This document shows, piece by piece, positions 1 through 8,319 of a stretch of 64,000 nt of DNA. The notes under the pieces were generated by a model. The model was not told the origin of the DNA, ran no database searches, and saw nothing but the letters and a program-made list of their open reading frames with translations. The DNA is from a virus (taxonomy: Duplodnaviria; Caudoviricetes), in the IMG/VR virus record IMGVR_UViG_3300025715_000009, positions 224,001-288,000 of that record, one strand, 5' to 3'. Both the position numbers and the translations under genes were made by a program. Within the stretch, counting starts at the first letter, position 1. Each line of letters starts with the position of its first letter.

Positions 1-998
1 CTAAGTGATATTGGTGCAATTAATTTCTCTTCTTCAATATCATCACCATCCGCTCCTCCAACTGCTGCTTTTGGATTAGATAATATAGCAGTAACTCTTT
101 TGCCGCCTGAAGAATAAGTTTTTGTAGTCGATATTCCCTTGGCAACAATATTTGTGTTATTGCCTCCACCAACACGATAATAAACTTTTATCTTTTCACC
201 TTTTTCTGGTGTTTTAACAATTTGTGATGAACCCCACTTTATTGTCATTCTATTTTGAGCATCTATTTCAATCATATAGGGTGGAATTTTATCTGCCATT
301 GATATAAGTTCTGGTTGTTGTGCTTCTGGTGAAACAAATGATTGAACTTCTATATGTTCTTTACCAGTTGTTTCTGAATATACTCGAATAGATTTTTCTA
401 TTACAGGATAATTTATAAGCACGACCTGTTCATTGTCTACACCATCTAAAAAAATATCTGAATCTATAAATGTTCTGCCTTGATAATATGGTATATTACT
501 TATTTCTTTTATTTTATTGTCTTCTGTTCCAGTGTTTATTAAATGTTCATAATCATAATTTGGTTTACCATCTGATGCTATTTCTAAACACTCAAATGTT
601 ATTGCATCCCCATTTTTATCCGTTGCTTGTATAGCATCTCTCTTAGGAAGGACAAAAGATGGAACCCATTGGGTTAATTTCATTGTAACATTTGCTTTAG
701 ATGCTTTAGGTAATGATGGTCTGTGGTTAATTAATTTTAATAGATTAATTACAGATTGTCTTTGTGTAGCAGTTGAAATAAATAATTCACGAGCAATCCA
801 ATCTGCTCTCTCTGCAAATTTTTGTATAATAAATGATACAAGTTCAACTGTCATTCTACCAGCATTACTTTCAAGAAAGTCGTCCCACTCTTGATTATAT
901 TCTGGATGTTCTTGTATAAGTTCTTTTATATCTTCTATTATTGTATCAAAGTCAAGCGAAGTATATGAAAATTTTGGTAATTGTATTAATTTATCCAT
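1..998 (-). CDS. Baseplate wedge subunit, T4 gp6-like (5' part; runs off window)
   Basis: Not in ORF track; read manually from ATG at 998: MDKLIQLPKFSYTSLDFDTIIEDIKELI...WDDFLESNAGRMTVELVS...ELFISTATQRQSVINL, the typical gp6/baseplate-J N-terminus; next to gp25-like gene. Confidence 0.85.
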   Translation of the reverse strand, partial: MDKLIQLPKFSYTSLDFDTIIEDIKELIQEHPEYNQEWDDFLESNAGRMTVELVSFIIQKFAERADWIARELFISTATQRQSVINLLKLINHRPSLPKASKANVTMKLTQWVPSFVLPKRDAIQATDKNGDAITFECLEIASDGKPNYDYEHLINTGTEDNKIKEISNIPYYQGRTFIDSDIFLDGVDNEQVVLINYPVIEKSIRVYSETTGKEHIEVQSFVSPEAQQPELISMADKIPPYMIEIDAQNRMTIKWGSSQIVKTPEKGEKIKVYYRVGGGNNTNIVAKGISTTKTYSSGGKRVTAILSNPKAAVGGADGDDIEEEKLIAPISL

Positions 999-1002
999 TT
1001 AT

Positions 1003-1365
1003 TTACTCCAAATCAAAATTATAAGTCAAAATATTGGCACTTTCAGGTGGCTCGCTTTTTAAAACAAAAGATAGTTTTACTTGAATAAGATTTTCATCCT
1101 CTAATGAAATGATATCTAAACCTAAAATATTTACTCGTGGTTCATATTGAGAAATTTGGTCAGTTATGAGATTTTCAAGATAGGCCGTGGTTTCATCATC
1201 TATTTGATTAAATAAAATATTTCTTAAACCAACACCAAAATATGGTTGCCCTACTCTTTCACCTGGATTAGTCATGAGGATACGTGTTATTGATTCTGCA
1301 ATCAATTCTTTGTTTTGTTTTATGACAAAAAAATCCTTGTCATAAAAAGCGAGTCCGTTTGCCAT
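1003..1365 (-). CDS. Baseplate wedge protein, gp25/GPW family
   Basis: ILMTNPGERVGQPYFGVGL...YEPRV motifs. Confidence 0.9.
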   Translation of the reverse strand: MANGLAFYDKDFFVIKQNKELIAESITRILMTNPGERVGQPYFGVGLRNILFNQIDDETTAYLENLITDQISQYEPRVNILGLDIISLEDENLIQVKLSFVLKSEPPESANILTYNFDLE

Positions 1366-1386
1366 ATACTTTATCTTTATGTAAAA

Positions 1387-1980
1387 TTAGATTTGTGCGT
1401 ATAATTTATTAAATTCATCTTCTAATTGAGCATTGTTAAACACTTCATTTAATGCTTGTGGACTAACTGTAGCATAATCCATACCAGAGAGTATGGCATC
1501 AATTACTTCATGTTTTCCTCTAAATGAAGCACCTACTAATTTTATATTTGATTTGCTTATTTGTTTTAATTTATATGCTTGTTTAAACAAATCAGGGTTC
1601 TCATTTTTATGTTTATAAACCATGGTGTAGTCAACACCAAATTCTATTGCTTGATTTATTTGAACAATGTCATATATTGTAGTTGTTGCTACTTGATAAT
1701 TTTTAGATTTTAATTCTTTAATAAAATTATAATGTTTTGGATGAAGCATCACTTTAAAAATTATATTTTTATTTTTAAATTTTTCAACTTCATGCATATT
1801 AGACACTTGAATAAAAATTTTTTTATTTAATCTATTTGGTATAGAAGCAACCATATCTAAAAATTGTTCAGTTGTTATTCCTTCTTTTTCTAATAGATAA
1901 GGATTAGATGTTACACCTTCTATAACTGGAAGCCATTCAAGAATATCTTCTTTTTTAACACTGTCTAAAAAATATGTCAT
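1387..1980 (-). CDS. Transaldolase/fructose-6-phosphate aldolase (FSA/TalC-type) family protein
   Basis: YFLDS, GVTSNP, Schiff-base Lys in IIFKV, GASFR, DYATV motifs. Confidence 0.8.
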   Translation of the reverse strand: MTYFLDSVKKEDILEWLPVIEGVTSNPYLLEKEGITTEQFLDMVASIPNRLNKKIFIQVSNMHEVEKFKNKNIIFKVMLHPKHYNFIKELKSKNYQVATTTIYDIVQINQAIEFGVDYTMVYKHKNENPDLFKQAYKLKQISKSNIKLVGASFRGKHEVIDAILSGMDYATVSPQALNEVFNNAQLEDEFNKLYAQI

Positions 1981-2711
1981 AAATCCTCCAAGTCTTGTGG
2001 TATATCAACTCCATGGCTTTTATGAACCATTTCTATTAATTTAATAGACAATCCATGTTCTAAGAAGGATATTTGTTCAAGCCCTTCTTTTTTGGCCAAA
2101 TCACTAACAAAGTAATTAATATTATTAAAGTCCATTCTTTTAAATAAACATGGGTGGAAGATAAAAATTCCAATATGCTGCTTGTATTCTTCAATTGGCA
2201 ATAAACCATTCTTTGAGTATGGAATAGGAGAACGCGAAAAATATAAAACATTATCATCATGACTTACTATCTTACAACTTCTATTTAATTCTATTCTGTT
2301 TTTATCATAAAACTTAGTATAGCAAGTTGTAATAAAATCTTCAGGACCATATTGTTTTTCAAGGTGTTTAAACCACATTTTATTTATTTCTTGATGGTCT
2401 AACATTGGTTCATCTGATGGAAATGATACATACCAATCGTAGTTAGGATATTTTTTCCAAACATGATATGACCTTTCACTTCCACATCCTACTTGTTCCC
2501 ACATATAAAAATATTCTATATTTCTATTTTTACAATGTGTTGCTACCTCTTGACTATCTGTTGCAACAATTAAATGGTCGGCTATTTGTGCTGATAAAAC
2601 ATTATTAATTACTTTATCAATTATTTTTTCACCATCTATTTCAGCAAATAACTTGTTTGGAAAACGCTCGCTCTTTAATCTTGCAGGTATAATTGCTAGC
2701 ATGTTATTCAT
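1977..2711 (-). CDS. kdsB: 3-deoxy-manno-octulosonate cytidylyltransferase (CMP-Kdo synthetase)-like
   Basis: IIPARLKSERFPNK, VATDS, SDEPM, LYFSRSPIPY, HIGIF, EGLEQ, GVDIPQDL motifs. Confidence 0.88.
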   Translation of the reverse strand: MNNMLAIIPARLKSERFPNKLFAEIDGEKIIDKVINNVLSAQIADHLIVATDSQEVATHCKNRNIEYFYMWEQVGCGSERSYHVWKKYPNYDWYVSFPSDEPMLDHQEINKMWFKHLEKQYGPEDFITTCYTKFYDKNRIELNRSCKIVSHDDNVLYFSRSPIPYSKNGLLPIEEYKQHIGIFIFHPCLFKRMDFNNINYFVSDLAKKEGLEQISFLEHGLSIKLIEMVHKSHGVDIPQDLEDL

Positions 2712-3450
2712 ATATTTGTTGTATTACCTCTTTTAGTTGATTTGATGGTATCATAACTTGACCATCACATAAAGCATTTTCACAATCTGGATGTGTTTCT
2801 AAAAATATACCATCTGCTCCAGCAGCAATATATGCTCTACCTAATGTTATGGCATTATCTACTTTATCTCCAGGATAGTTTTTATTAGGGTGAGTAATAT
2901 CACATAAAACAGGAAAAGAACATCTTTTCATAATAGGGACATGACGTGGGTCCATGAATACTTGGTTATATCCTAACTGTGTTCCTCTATCTGTTATTAT
3001 AATTTTATCAGCACCATATTTCCAGGCATTATTGGCTATATTAATCATATCTTCAGGGCCTACAAATTGAGGTTTTTTAATATGCATGCCTAAATTATGT
3101 TTAGAGCAGAAAGCGGCGGCCTCTTTTAATAAAGAGTGTTGTTTGGCTAAATAGGCAGGAATTTGAATTAAATCAATTTGTGAAAAATCATATTTTATAA
3201 AGTCTTCTGGTGTATGAACATCAGTGCATATTTTTATTTTATATTCGTATTTTATATCTAATAGGAAATCAATTGCTTGTTGTGGGTTTATGCCAGAAAA
3301 TCCAGTAGTTGTTGTTCTATTATCCTTTCTCCAAGAAGACTTAAAATAAAAATCAACATTTAAATCAGAAATTGATTTGAGTAAATCATTTATTGTTTTT
3401 TGTAATATGTCTTTGCTCTCTATTACGCAAGGTCCTGCTATTAAAATCAT
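2704..3450 (-). CDS. kdsA: Kdo-8-phosphate synthase-like
   Basis: IAGPCVIES, FKSSWRKDNRT, TDVH, QIPAYL, KKPQF, DITH, GIFLETHP, ALCDG motifs. Confidence 0.9.
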   Translation of the reverse strand: MILIAGPCVIESKDILQKTINDLLKSISDLNVDFYFKSSWRKDNRTTTTGFSGINPQQAIDFLLDIKYEYKIKICTDVHTPEDFIKYDFSQIDLIQIPAYLAKQHSLLKEAAAFCSKHNLGMHIKKPQFVGPEDMINIANNAWKYGADKIIITDRGTQLGYNQVFMDPRHVPIMKRCSFPVLCDITHPNKNYPGDKVDNAITLGRAYIAAGADGIFLETHPDCENALCDGQVMIPSNQLKEVIQQIYE

Positions 3451-3460
3451 ATTATTTATA

Positions 3461-3487
3461 AAAATGGTCAGACTTAGAGTCTGACCA
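3461..3487 (-). terminator. Intrinsic terminator between the radical SAM cluster and kdsA
   Basis: Perfect 10-bp stem TGGTCAGACT/AGTCTGACCA, followed by a T-run on the minus strand. Confidence 0.7.
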
Positions 3488-3504
3488 AATATAATTTTTA
3501 ATAA

Positions 3505-3777
3505 TTATTTTATAAGTTGTAGTTTTTTCTTATCAAAATCCACATTCCAAGAATTTTCTGATGTAGTTATAATATTATTTTCTTTTTGCATTTTTTCAAA
3601 CCATGCATCATAATTAATTTGTGCATTGGTCAATTCTTGTATTAATTTTTCAAACACAAATTTGTTGTCTTGTGGTGTAAAATCTTTAATTAAAGATTTT
3701 ATTGCTAAAAGACCTGTATTTAGCATTCTTATTTCTTGTGCTTGTTGTTCAGATAAATCGATTTCTTTTATTATCAT
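3505..3777 (-). CDS. CXXX-repeat peptide modification system accessory protein-like
   Basis: Helical 90-aa protein ending W..M.......W.VDF; directly downstream of CXXX maturase; paralog of 4953-5240. Confidence 0.65.
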   Translation of the reverse strand: MIIKEIDLSEQQAQEIRMLNTGLLAIKSLIKDFTPQDNKFVFEKLIQELTNAQINYDAWFEKMQKENNIITTSENSWNVDFDKKKLQLIK

Positions 3778-3805
3778 ATTTACTCCTTTATATAAAGTAT
3801 GCTTT

Positions 3806-4960
3806 TTATAAACTATTATCTAGTTCATTATATTTTTTCCAATAAATTTCTGCCCATTTTGATTGAATTTTATGAATTTCACAAATATTAGTTTGACGAT
3901 AAAACTTTCCACATTCAGCATAAGCTGATCCTATACACCATGCACAATTAGACTCAACGGGGCATGATATGCATTCTGGTTTACTTATATTGGCCCTTGT
4001 TTGATCTCTAATAAGTTTAAATCTATCTTTATGATAAAATCCATTAAAAACATCACCAACATAAAAATCTAATTCTTTTGAAGACATAGTATGTGGCATA
4101 AATCTAAAACATGGATATATTTTACCATTTATACTAAGTGCTGGCATTGCACCAGAACCACACCATCCTTTATCTGGTTCTTGCATAGGTTTACCTACGC
4201 CAAATTCTTTACTTATAATTGACCAATATAAATCATTTTTGTGTTGTAAAACAAAATCAACACATTTTTCCATTTGTTCATCTAAAATACTTAAATCTTT
4301 TTCTTCTAAGTATAATGGTTCAAAAATAAAGTTTTGATTTATATTGCGCAATCCTAAGTCCAAATGCATAAATTTTAAAGAATCATATAAATATGGAATG
4401 CTTTCTTTATTAAGAGTAGATTTAGTTGTTGCATTTTCCAATCCAACATATTGTATATACCAATCCCAATATTTTAAAATATCATCCATGCTATTACTTC
4501 TATTTAGATTATGTATTGTTGGGCTTCCATCTACAGATATTCCAAGAGAAATATTTCCTTTAAATTCTTCTAAAAAATCTCTTACATTCGGGTCACCAAA
4601 TAAAGTTCCATTTGTAGAAATAGAACTTCTCCATCGTGTAGCCCATCTATGATTTTTTATTGTAGATGCAAAAATAAAATATCTTAATATGTCTCTTGTT
4701 AAAATTGGGCGCATTAATGCATCACCACCAATGAAATCTAAAATCAAACCTTGTTTCATTATCCATGCTTCTGATGTTCCCATAACTCCAATTGGATCTG
4801 GATCATCTAAAATAAGATCAATAAATTTTTTTGCATATTCTAAAGGTAAATCACCTGGTTTTTTATTTAATTCATAACAATATTTACATCGTAAATTACA
4901 ATCTTCTGTAACATTAAAAGTAATATTAAATCCAGCATATTGTGGTTGTGGTTCAATCAT
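3806..4960 (-). CDS. Radical SAM/SPASM peptide maturase, CXXX-repeat target family-like
   Basis: ITFNVTEDCNLRCKYC, FIGGD, STNG, SVDG; SPASM Cys CGSG..IYPCFRF..CISC..CAWC..C; start placed at ATG 4960 after AGAGG SD. Confidence 0.9.
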   Translation of the reverse strand: MIEPQPQYAGFNITFNVTEDCNLRCKYCYELNKKPGDLPLEYAKKFIDLILDDPDPIGVMGTSEAWIMKQGLILDFIGGDALMRPILTRDILRYFIFASTIKNHRWATRWRSSISTNGTLFGDPNVRDFLEEFKGNISLGISVDGSPTIHNLNRSNSMDDILKYWDWYIQYVGLENATTKSTLNKESIPYLYDSLKFMHLDLGLRNINQNFIFEPLYLEEKDLSILDEQMEKCVDFVLQHKNDLYWSIISKEFGVGKPMQEPDKGWCGSGAMPALSINGKIYPCFRFMPHTMSSKELDFYVGDVFNGFYHKDRFKLIRDQTRANISKPECISCPVESNCAWCIGSAYAECGKFYRQTNICEIHKIQSKWAEIYWKKYNELDNSL

Positions 4961-5240
4961 TTTTACCTCTATGCACAATAAGAGCTGAGTTTTCAAAATC
5001 TAATGAGATGTTTCTTTCTGATATATTGTATTTTTCTATAATCATATTCCACCACTTTTGTTCAAGCCATAAACTTTCACCTCTTGCAGTTATAACTGAA
5101 TTTACGTATTTATTCATTGTTTCTTGATCAATATTAAGTGGAATAGTTTTGATCATCTGTCTAGTTGTTTCTAATTTGTTTAATATAATGTTCATAGAAT
5201 CAATTTCTTCTTTTTCTATTTGTATTGAAGTGATCATCAT
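4953..5240 (-). CDS. CXXX-repeat modification accessory protein-like (paralog)
   Basis: WWNMIIEKYNI...ISLDFEN C-terminus resembles 3505-3777. Confidence 0.6.
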   Translation of the reverse strand: MMITSIQIEKEEIDSMNIILNKLETTRQMIKTIPLNIDQETMNKYVNSVITARGESLWLEQKWWNMIIEKYNISERNISLDFENSALIVHRGKND

Positions 5241-5248
5241 TTTCTCCT

Positions 5249-6202
5249 TTAGTATTTAAAATATCCAAGACATGGTTTTTCACACTCTTTTTCATATTTA
5301 CATTTAGAACAAATTTCTGGAATTGGTATATTGTTTTTTATTATTTGAGCTTTATTAGATAAAGCATTTTCTATTTCTGATAATGTTTTATATTGATTTT
5401 GTTTTATAGTAATTTTAGAATTGGAATAACAATATATCACTTCTCCGCTTGGAAGAAAATCAGTTGGTATAAATGTATGGCCACAAATTTTATCTTGTTT
5501 ATTGTATTGTTTAACAAACAAATACTGATCTTTAGTACTATACATGCATTTATATAATATATTATCTACACCAACATTTAATCCTAATTTTAGGATAAAA
5601 GAAATTAATTTAATCATATTTTCACCAATTATTGTATTTCCCAAAAAGTTTATATTTTTCTGTTCATCATTAGATGGACATGCAGTGCTTATTCTAATTG
5701 TTGATATATTGGGAACTTGTTTATGTAAAAAATCTATATATTTTATATATTCCTCCACATTAAAATCAATTGGGAATGTAATCCTTACAGGCATAAAATC
5801 ACAACCAAATGGTTGTTTTTTATTTAAGACAGCATAGATATCATTATAATTCTTTTTAAAAATAAAAATTCTATCTAAAACATCTAATTCACTAGCATTT
5901 ATTAAAAATGCCAATGAATTATTTTGTATATATTTTATTAACAAATTTTTTACGTTTTCTGAAAAAAGAAAATTTGTTATAAGAAATGGATCATTTTCTT
6001 TTTTTAAAGAATTTAAAATTATATCAAAATTTGGATGAAGTGTGGGTTCACCACCCATGATAGGTGCTATTGGATCTTTTATTAAAATATCATTAAATGT
6101 TTCTATATCCATATGTTGTTTTATTTCTAGATTTCTAGTTATTTTAGCAAAACAAAAAGAGCAATTTTTGTTACATGCGTTAGTTAATACAATATGAGAC
6201 AT
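5249..6202 (-). CDS. Second radical SAM protein with C-terminal SPASM/twitch-like Cys cluster
   Basis: LTNACNKNCSFC, MGGEPTLHP, C-terminal CSKC..ECEKPC. Confidence 0.88.
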   Translation of the reverse strand: MSHIVLTNACNKNCSFCFAKITRNLEIKQHMDIETFNDILIKDPIAPIMGGEPTLHPNFDIILNSLKKENDPFLITNFLFSENVKNLLIKYIQNNSLAFLINASELDVLDRIFIFKKNYNDIYAVLNKKQPFGCDFMPVRITFPIDFNVEEYIKYIDFLHKQVPNISTIRISTACPSNDEQKNINFLGNTIIGENMIKLISFILKLGLNVGVDNILYKCMYSTKDQYLFVKQYNKQDKICGHTFIPTDFLPSGEVIYCYSNSKITIKQNQYKTLSEIENALSNKAQIIKNNIPIPEICSKCKYEKECEKPCLGYFKY

Positions 6203-6210
6203 TATTTACC

Positions 6211-6771
6211 TTAGTTTAATAATATATATGCAGAATGATTACCATTTTTTCTTTTATGTAAAATAAATCTTTTAGAATTATTTTCTTTTAATCTATTGAC
6301 CAAATTATCATATAATTTTATTTTATTCTGTTTATTAAAATAATAATATATATGTTCAAGATTCATATCAAAATTTTCAGGACAATCACACCAATAGAAT
6401 ATACTTTCAACTTTATTTTCTAATGTCATTTTAGACATAACAATATAACTTGTCTGTTTTAAATCTTGATCCAATGGATATTCAGCTTCAAATTCATATT
6501 TTTCAATAGAAGAAAATGTTATATAATAACTTTCAAGAACATTGTTTATAAAAGCAACATAGCATCCATTTAAAAATACGTCAAGATTGAAAACAAAATC
6601 TTTAATAGATTGTGGAATTAAATTAAATTTAGATGAAAATAAAAAATATTCAGCATCTATTTTGCCAGTATTAATTTCTGTTTTTATAATATGATCTCTA
6701 GGTGGAGATAAAATATCTTCGCGCCAAACTAATTCGTTTTCATCTAAATTATAAACTAAATCATATGACAT
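6211..6771 (-). CDS. Hypothetical protein (paralog of 6772-7290)
   Basis: Shared YYYFNK.N.I.LY.NLV..L motif and C-terminal A(Y/W)IL.N. Confidence 0.7.
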   Translation of the reverse strand: MSYDLVYNLDENELVWREDILSPPRDHIIKTEINTGKIDAEYFLFSSKFNLIPQSIKDFVFNLDVFLNGCYVAFINNVLESYYITFSSIEKYEFEAEYPLDQDLKQTSYIVMSKMTLENKVESIFYWCDCPENFDMNLEHIYYYFNKQNKIKLYDNLVNRLKENNSKRFILHKRKNGNHSAYILLN

Positions 6772-7290
6772 TTAATTAATTAAAATCCATGCAAAATATT
6801 CATCATTTGTTTTAGATAATAAATAAAAAATCATGTCTTTTGAATTTAGCAAATCAACTAAATTATTATATATTTGAATATTATTTTTTTTATTAAAATA
6901 ATCATATAACTCTGATGATTTATAATAACGATATAGTAATTCAGTTTTTTCTAAATCTGTTTTTGCAATTATTAAATCACTTAATTTAAATAATTCTGGA
7001 TCAATTTCAACATTAAAATTATAATTTTCTTTTGGATCAAAAACTAAATAATATTCTATATGAGAATTACCATCCATCATAATTATTGAAGAATTTTCAT
7101 GAAAATTGAATTTTTCTATGATAGAAAGATGATCTGATGTTATTAGAGATTTTTTATTATTATATTGATATCCATTATAAATTAATTCTTTTGAATTAGA
7201 ATCAATTATTTCAAAATTAGTATTATCATTTTTAAATAAAATTTCATATATAAAATTTTTTGTACCAAGATTATAACATAAATATTTCAT
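6772..7290 (-). CDS. Hypothetical protein (paralog of 6211-6771)
   Basis: Same motifs; SD AGGAGG upstream. Confidence 0.7.
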   Translation of the reverse strand: MKYLCYNLGTKNFIYEILFKNDNTNFEIIDSNSKELIYNGYQYNNKKSLITSDHLSIIEKFNFHENSSIIMMDGNSHIEYYLVFDPKENYNFNVEIDPELFKLSDLIIAKTDLEKTELLYRYYKSSELYDYFNKKNNIQIYNNLVDLLNSKDMIFYLLSKTNDEYFAWILIN

Positions 7291-7299
7291 ATTTTCCTC

Positions 7300-8229
7300 C
7301 TAAGCTCTTCCTGAAGCATCAGCACCTTGTCTAGCAGAATTAGCACATCCACTACTACATGATGAAAGACATGTAGCATTACAGCCACTAAGACATAAAT
7401 TATTACATACGGTGTTACAACTGGTTAAACAAGTATTGGAACATCCAATACCACATGTTCCAGTACAATTGATAGATGCACATGTTGATGTGCAACTGTT
7501 TGTACATGTTCCAACTGTACATGTATTTGCGCATGTTCCAACTGTGCAAACATCACCACATGTAGCAGAACAAGATAATCCACATGGTGAACATGACCAA
7601 CCAGATCCAGAAACGTATCCCTTACAACCATTAGAACAGCCACCACCACAACGCCCAGTACAATCAACTTTACAACCAGTTTGACAATTTACACCACAAT
7701 AGTTTTTACAACCATTTTGACAATTTCCAGTACATAAAGTACCACATACATTATCACATGCAGTAGAACAAGTTCCACTACACCCATTGCATCCATTTTT
7801 ACATGTAGCAGTACAATCAAAGGCACATGAGACACCACATGTTGATAAACAAACAGATGCACATGTTATTGAACAGCCAACACATTTTGCTCCATTAGCT
7901 GCATCATCAACAACTTGACGAACTTCTTCAAGGTGTTTATTTAGAATAAATGTTGGACTTGGAAATGTTGTATTTGTAAAGTTAAAATTTATTCCGGTGC
8001 TTCCGATAGCATTACTATAATCAACTAATCCATTGACACCATTTCTTAAATCTATTATTACTTGTGGACTTGCTTTTGATCCCTCGGTTGGCAATGTAGT
8101 CCACGAAACAGTTGATAAATCTCTTTTAGGTCTTTCAACGTTTATATGGTTCATTGTTTCTGTTAAATCAATATCATTAATTGGTTTTTCAAAAAGAGGT
8201 TTGTTTGAATAGGTTTTTTCATTAGACAT
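7300..8229 (-). CDS. Cys-rich CXXX-repeat protein, probable radical SAM target, with fibre-like N-terminal domain
   Basis: About 115-aa Cys-free N-terminus, then 44 Cys mostly every fourth residue; SD AGGAG. Confidence 0.85.
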   Translation of the reverse strand: MSNEKTYSNKPLFEKPINDIDLTETMNHINVERPKRDLSTVSWTTLPTEGSKASPQVIIDLRNGVNGLVDYSNAIGSTGINFNFTNTTFPSPTFILNKHLEEVRQVVDDAANGAKCVGCSITCASVCLSTCGVSCAFDCTATCKNGCNGCSGTCSTACDNVCGTLCTGNCQNGCKNYCGVNCQTGCKVDCTGRCGGGCSNGCKGYVSGSGWSCSPCGLSCSATCGDVCTVGTCANTCTVGTCTNSCTSTCASINCTGTCGIGCSNTCLTSCNTVCNNLCLSGCNATCLSSCSSGCANSARQGADASGRA

Positions 8230-8240
8230 ATTAATTCTCC

Positions 8241-8293
8241 TAATTGAATCTAGTTATTATTATCTTAAGTATTTTAATAACTAGATTCAATTA
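8241..8293. promoter_or_regulatory. 19-bp perfect inverted repeat with AAGATAA promoter-like motif in its loop
   Basis: TAATTGAATCTAGTTATTA-ttatcttaagtattt-TAATAACTAGATTCAATTA, immediately 5' of the SD of the CXXX gene. Confidence 0.6.
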
Positions 8294-8319
8294 TTTGTTA
8301 AAATTATTATATATTATAA

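Noticed and set aside
3453-3460. T4 late promoter consensus TATAAATA before kdsA
   Set aside because: Single instance in very AT-rich DNA, only 2 nt from the ATG; not recurrent upstream of structural genes
7330-7890. 12-nt periodicity (ACA/GCA every 12 nt) resembling a repeat array or DGR target
   Set aside because: Fully explained by Cys codons every fourth residue; no identical repeat-spacer units and no reverse transcriptase in the window
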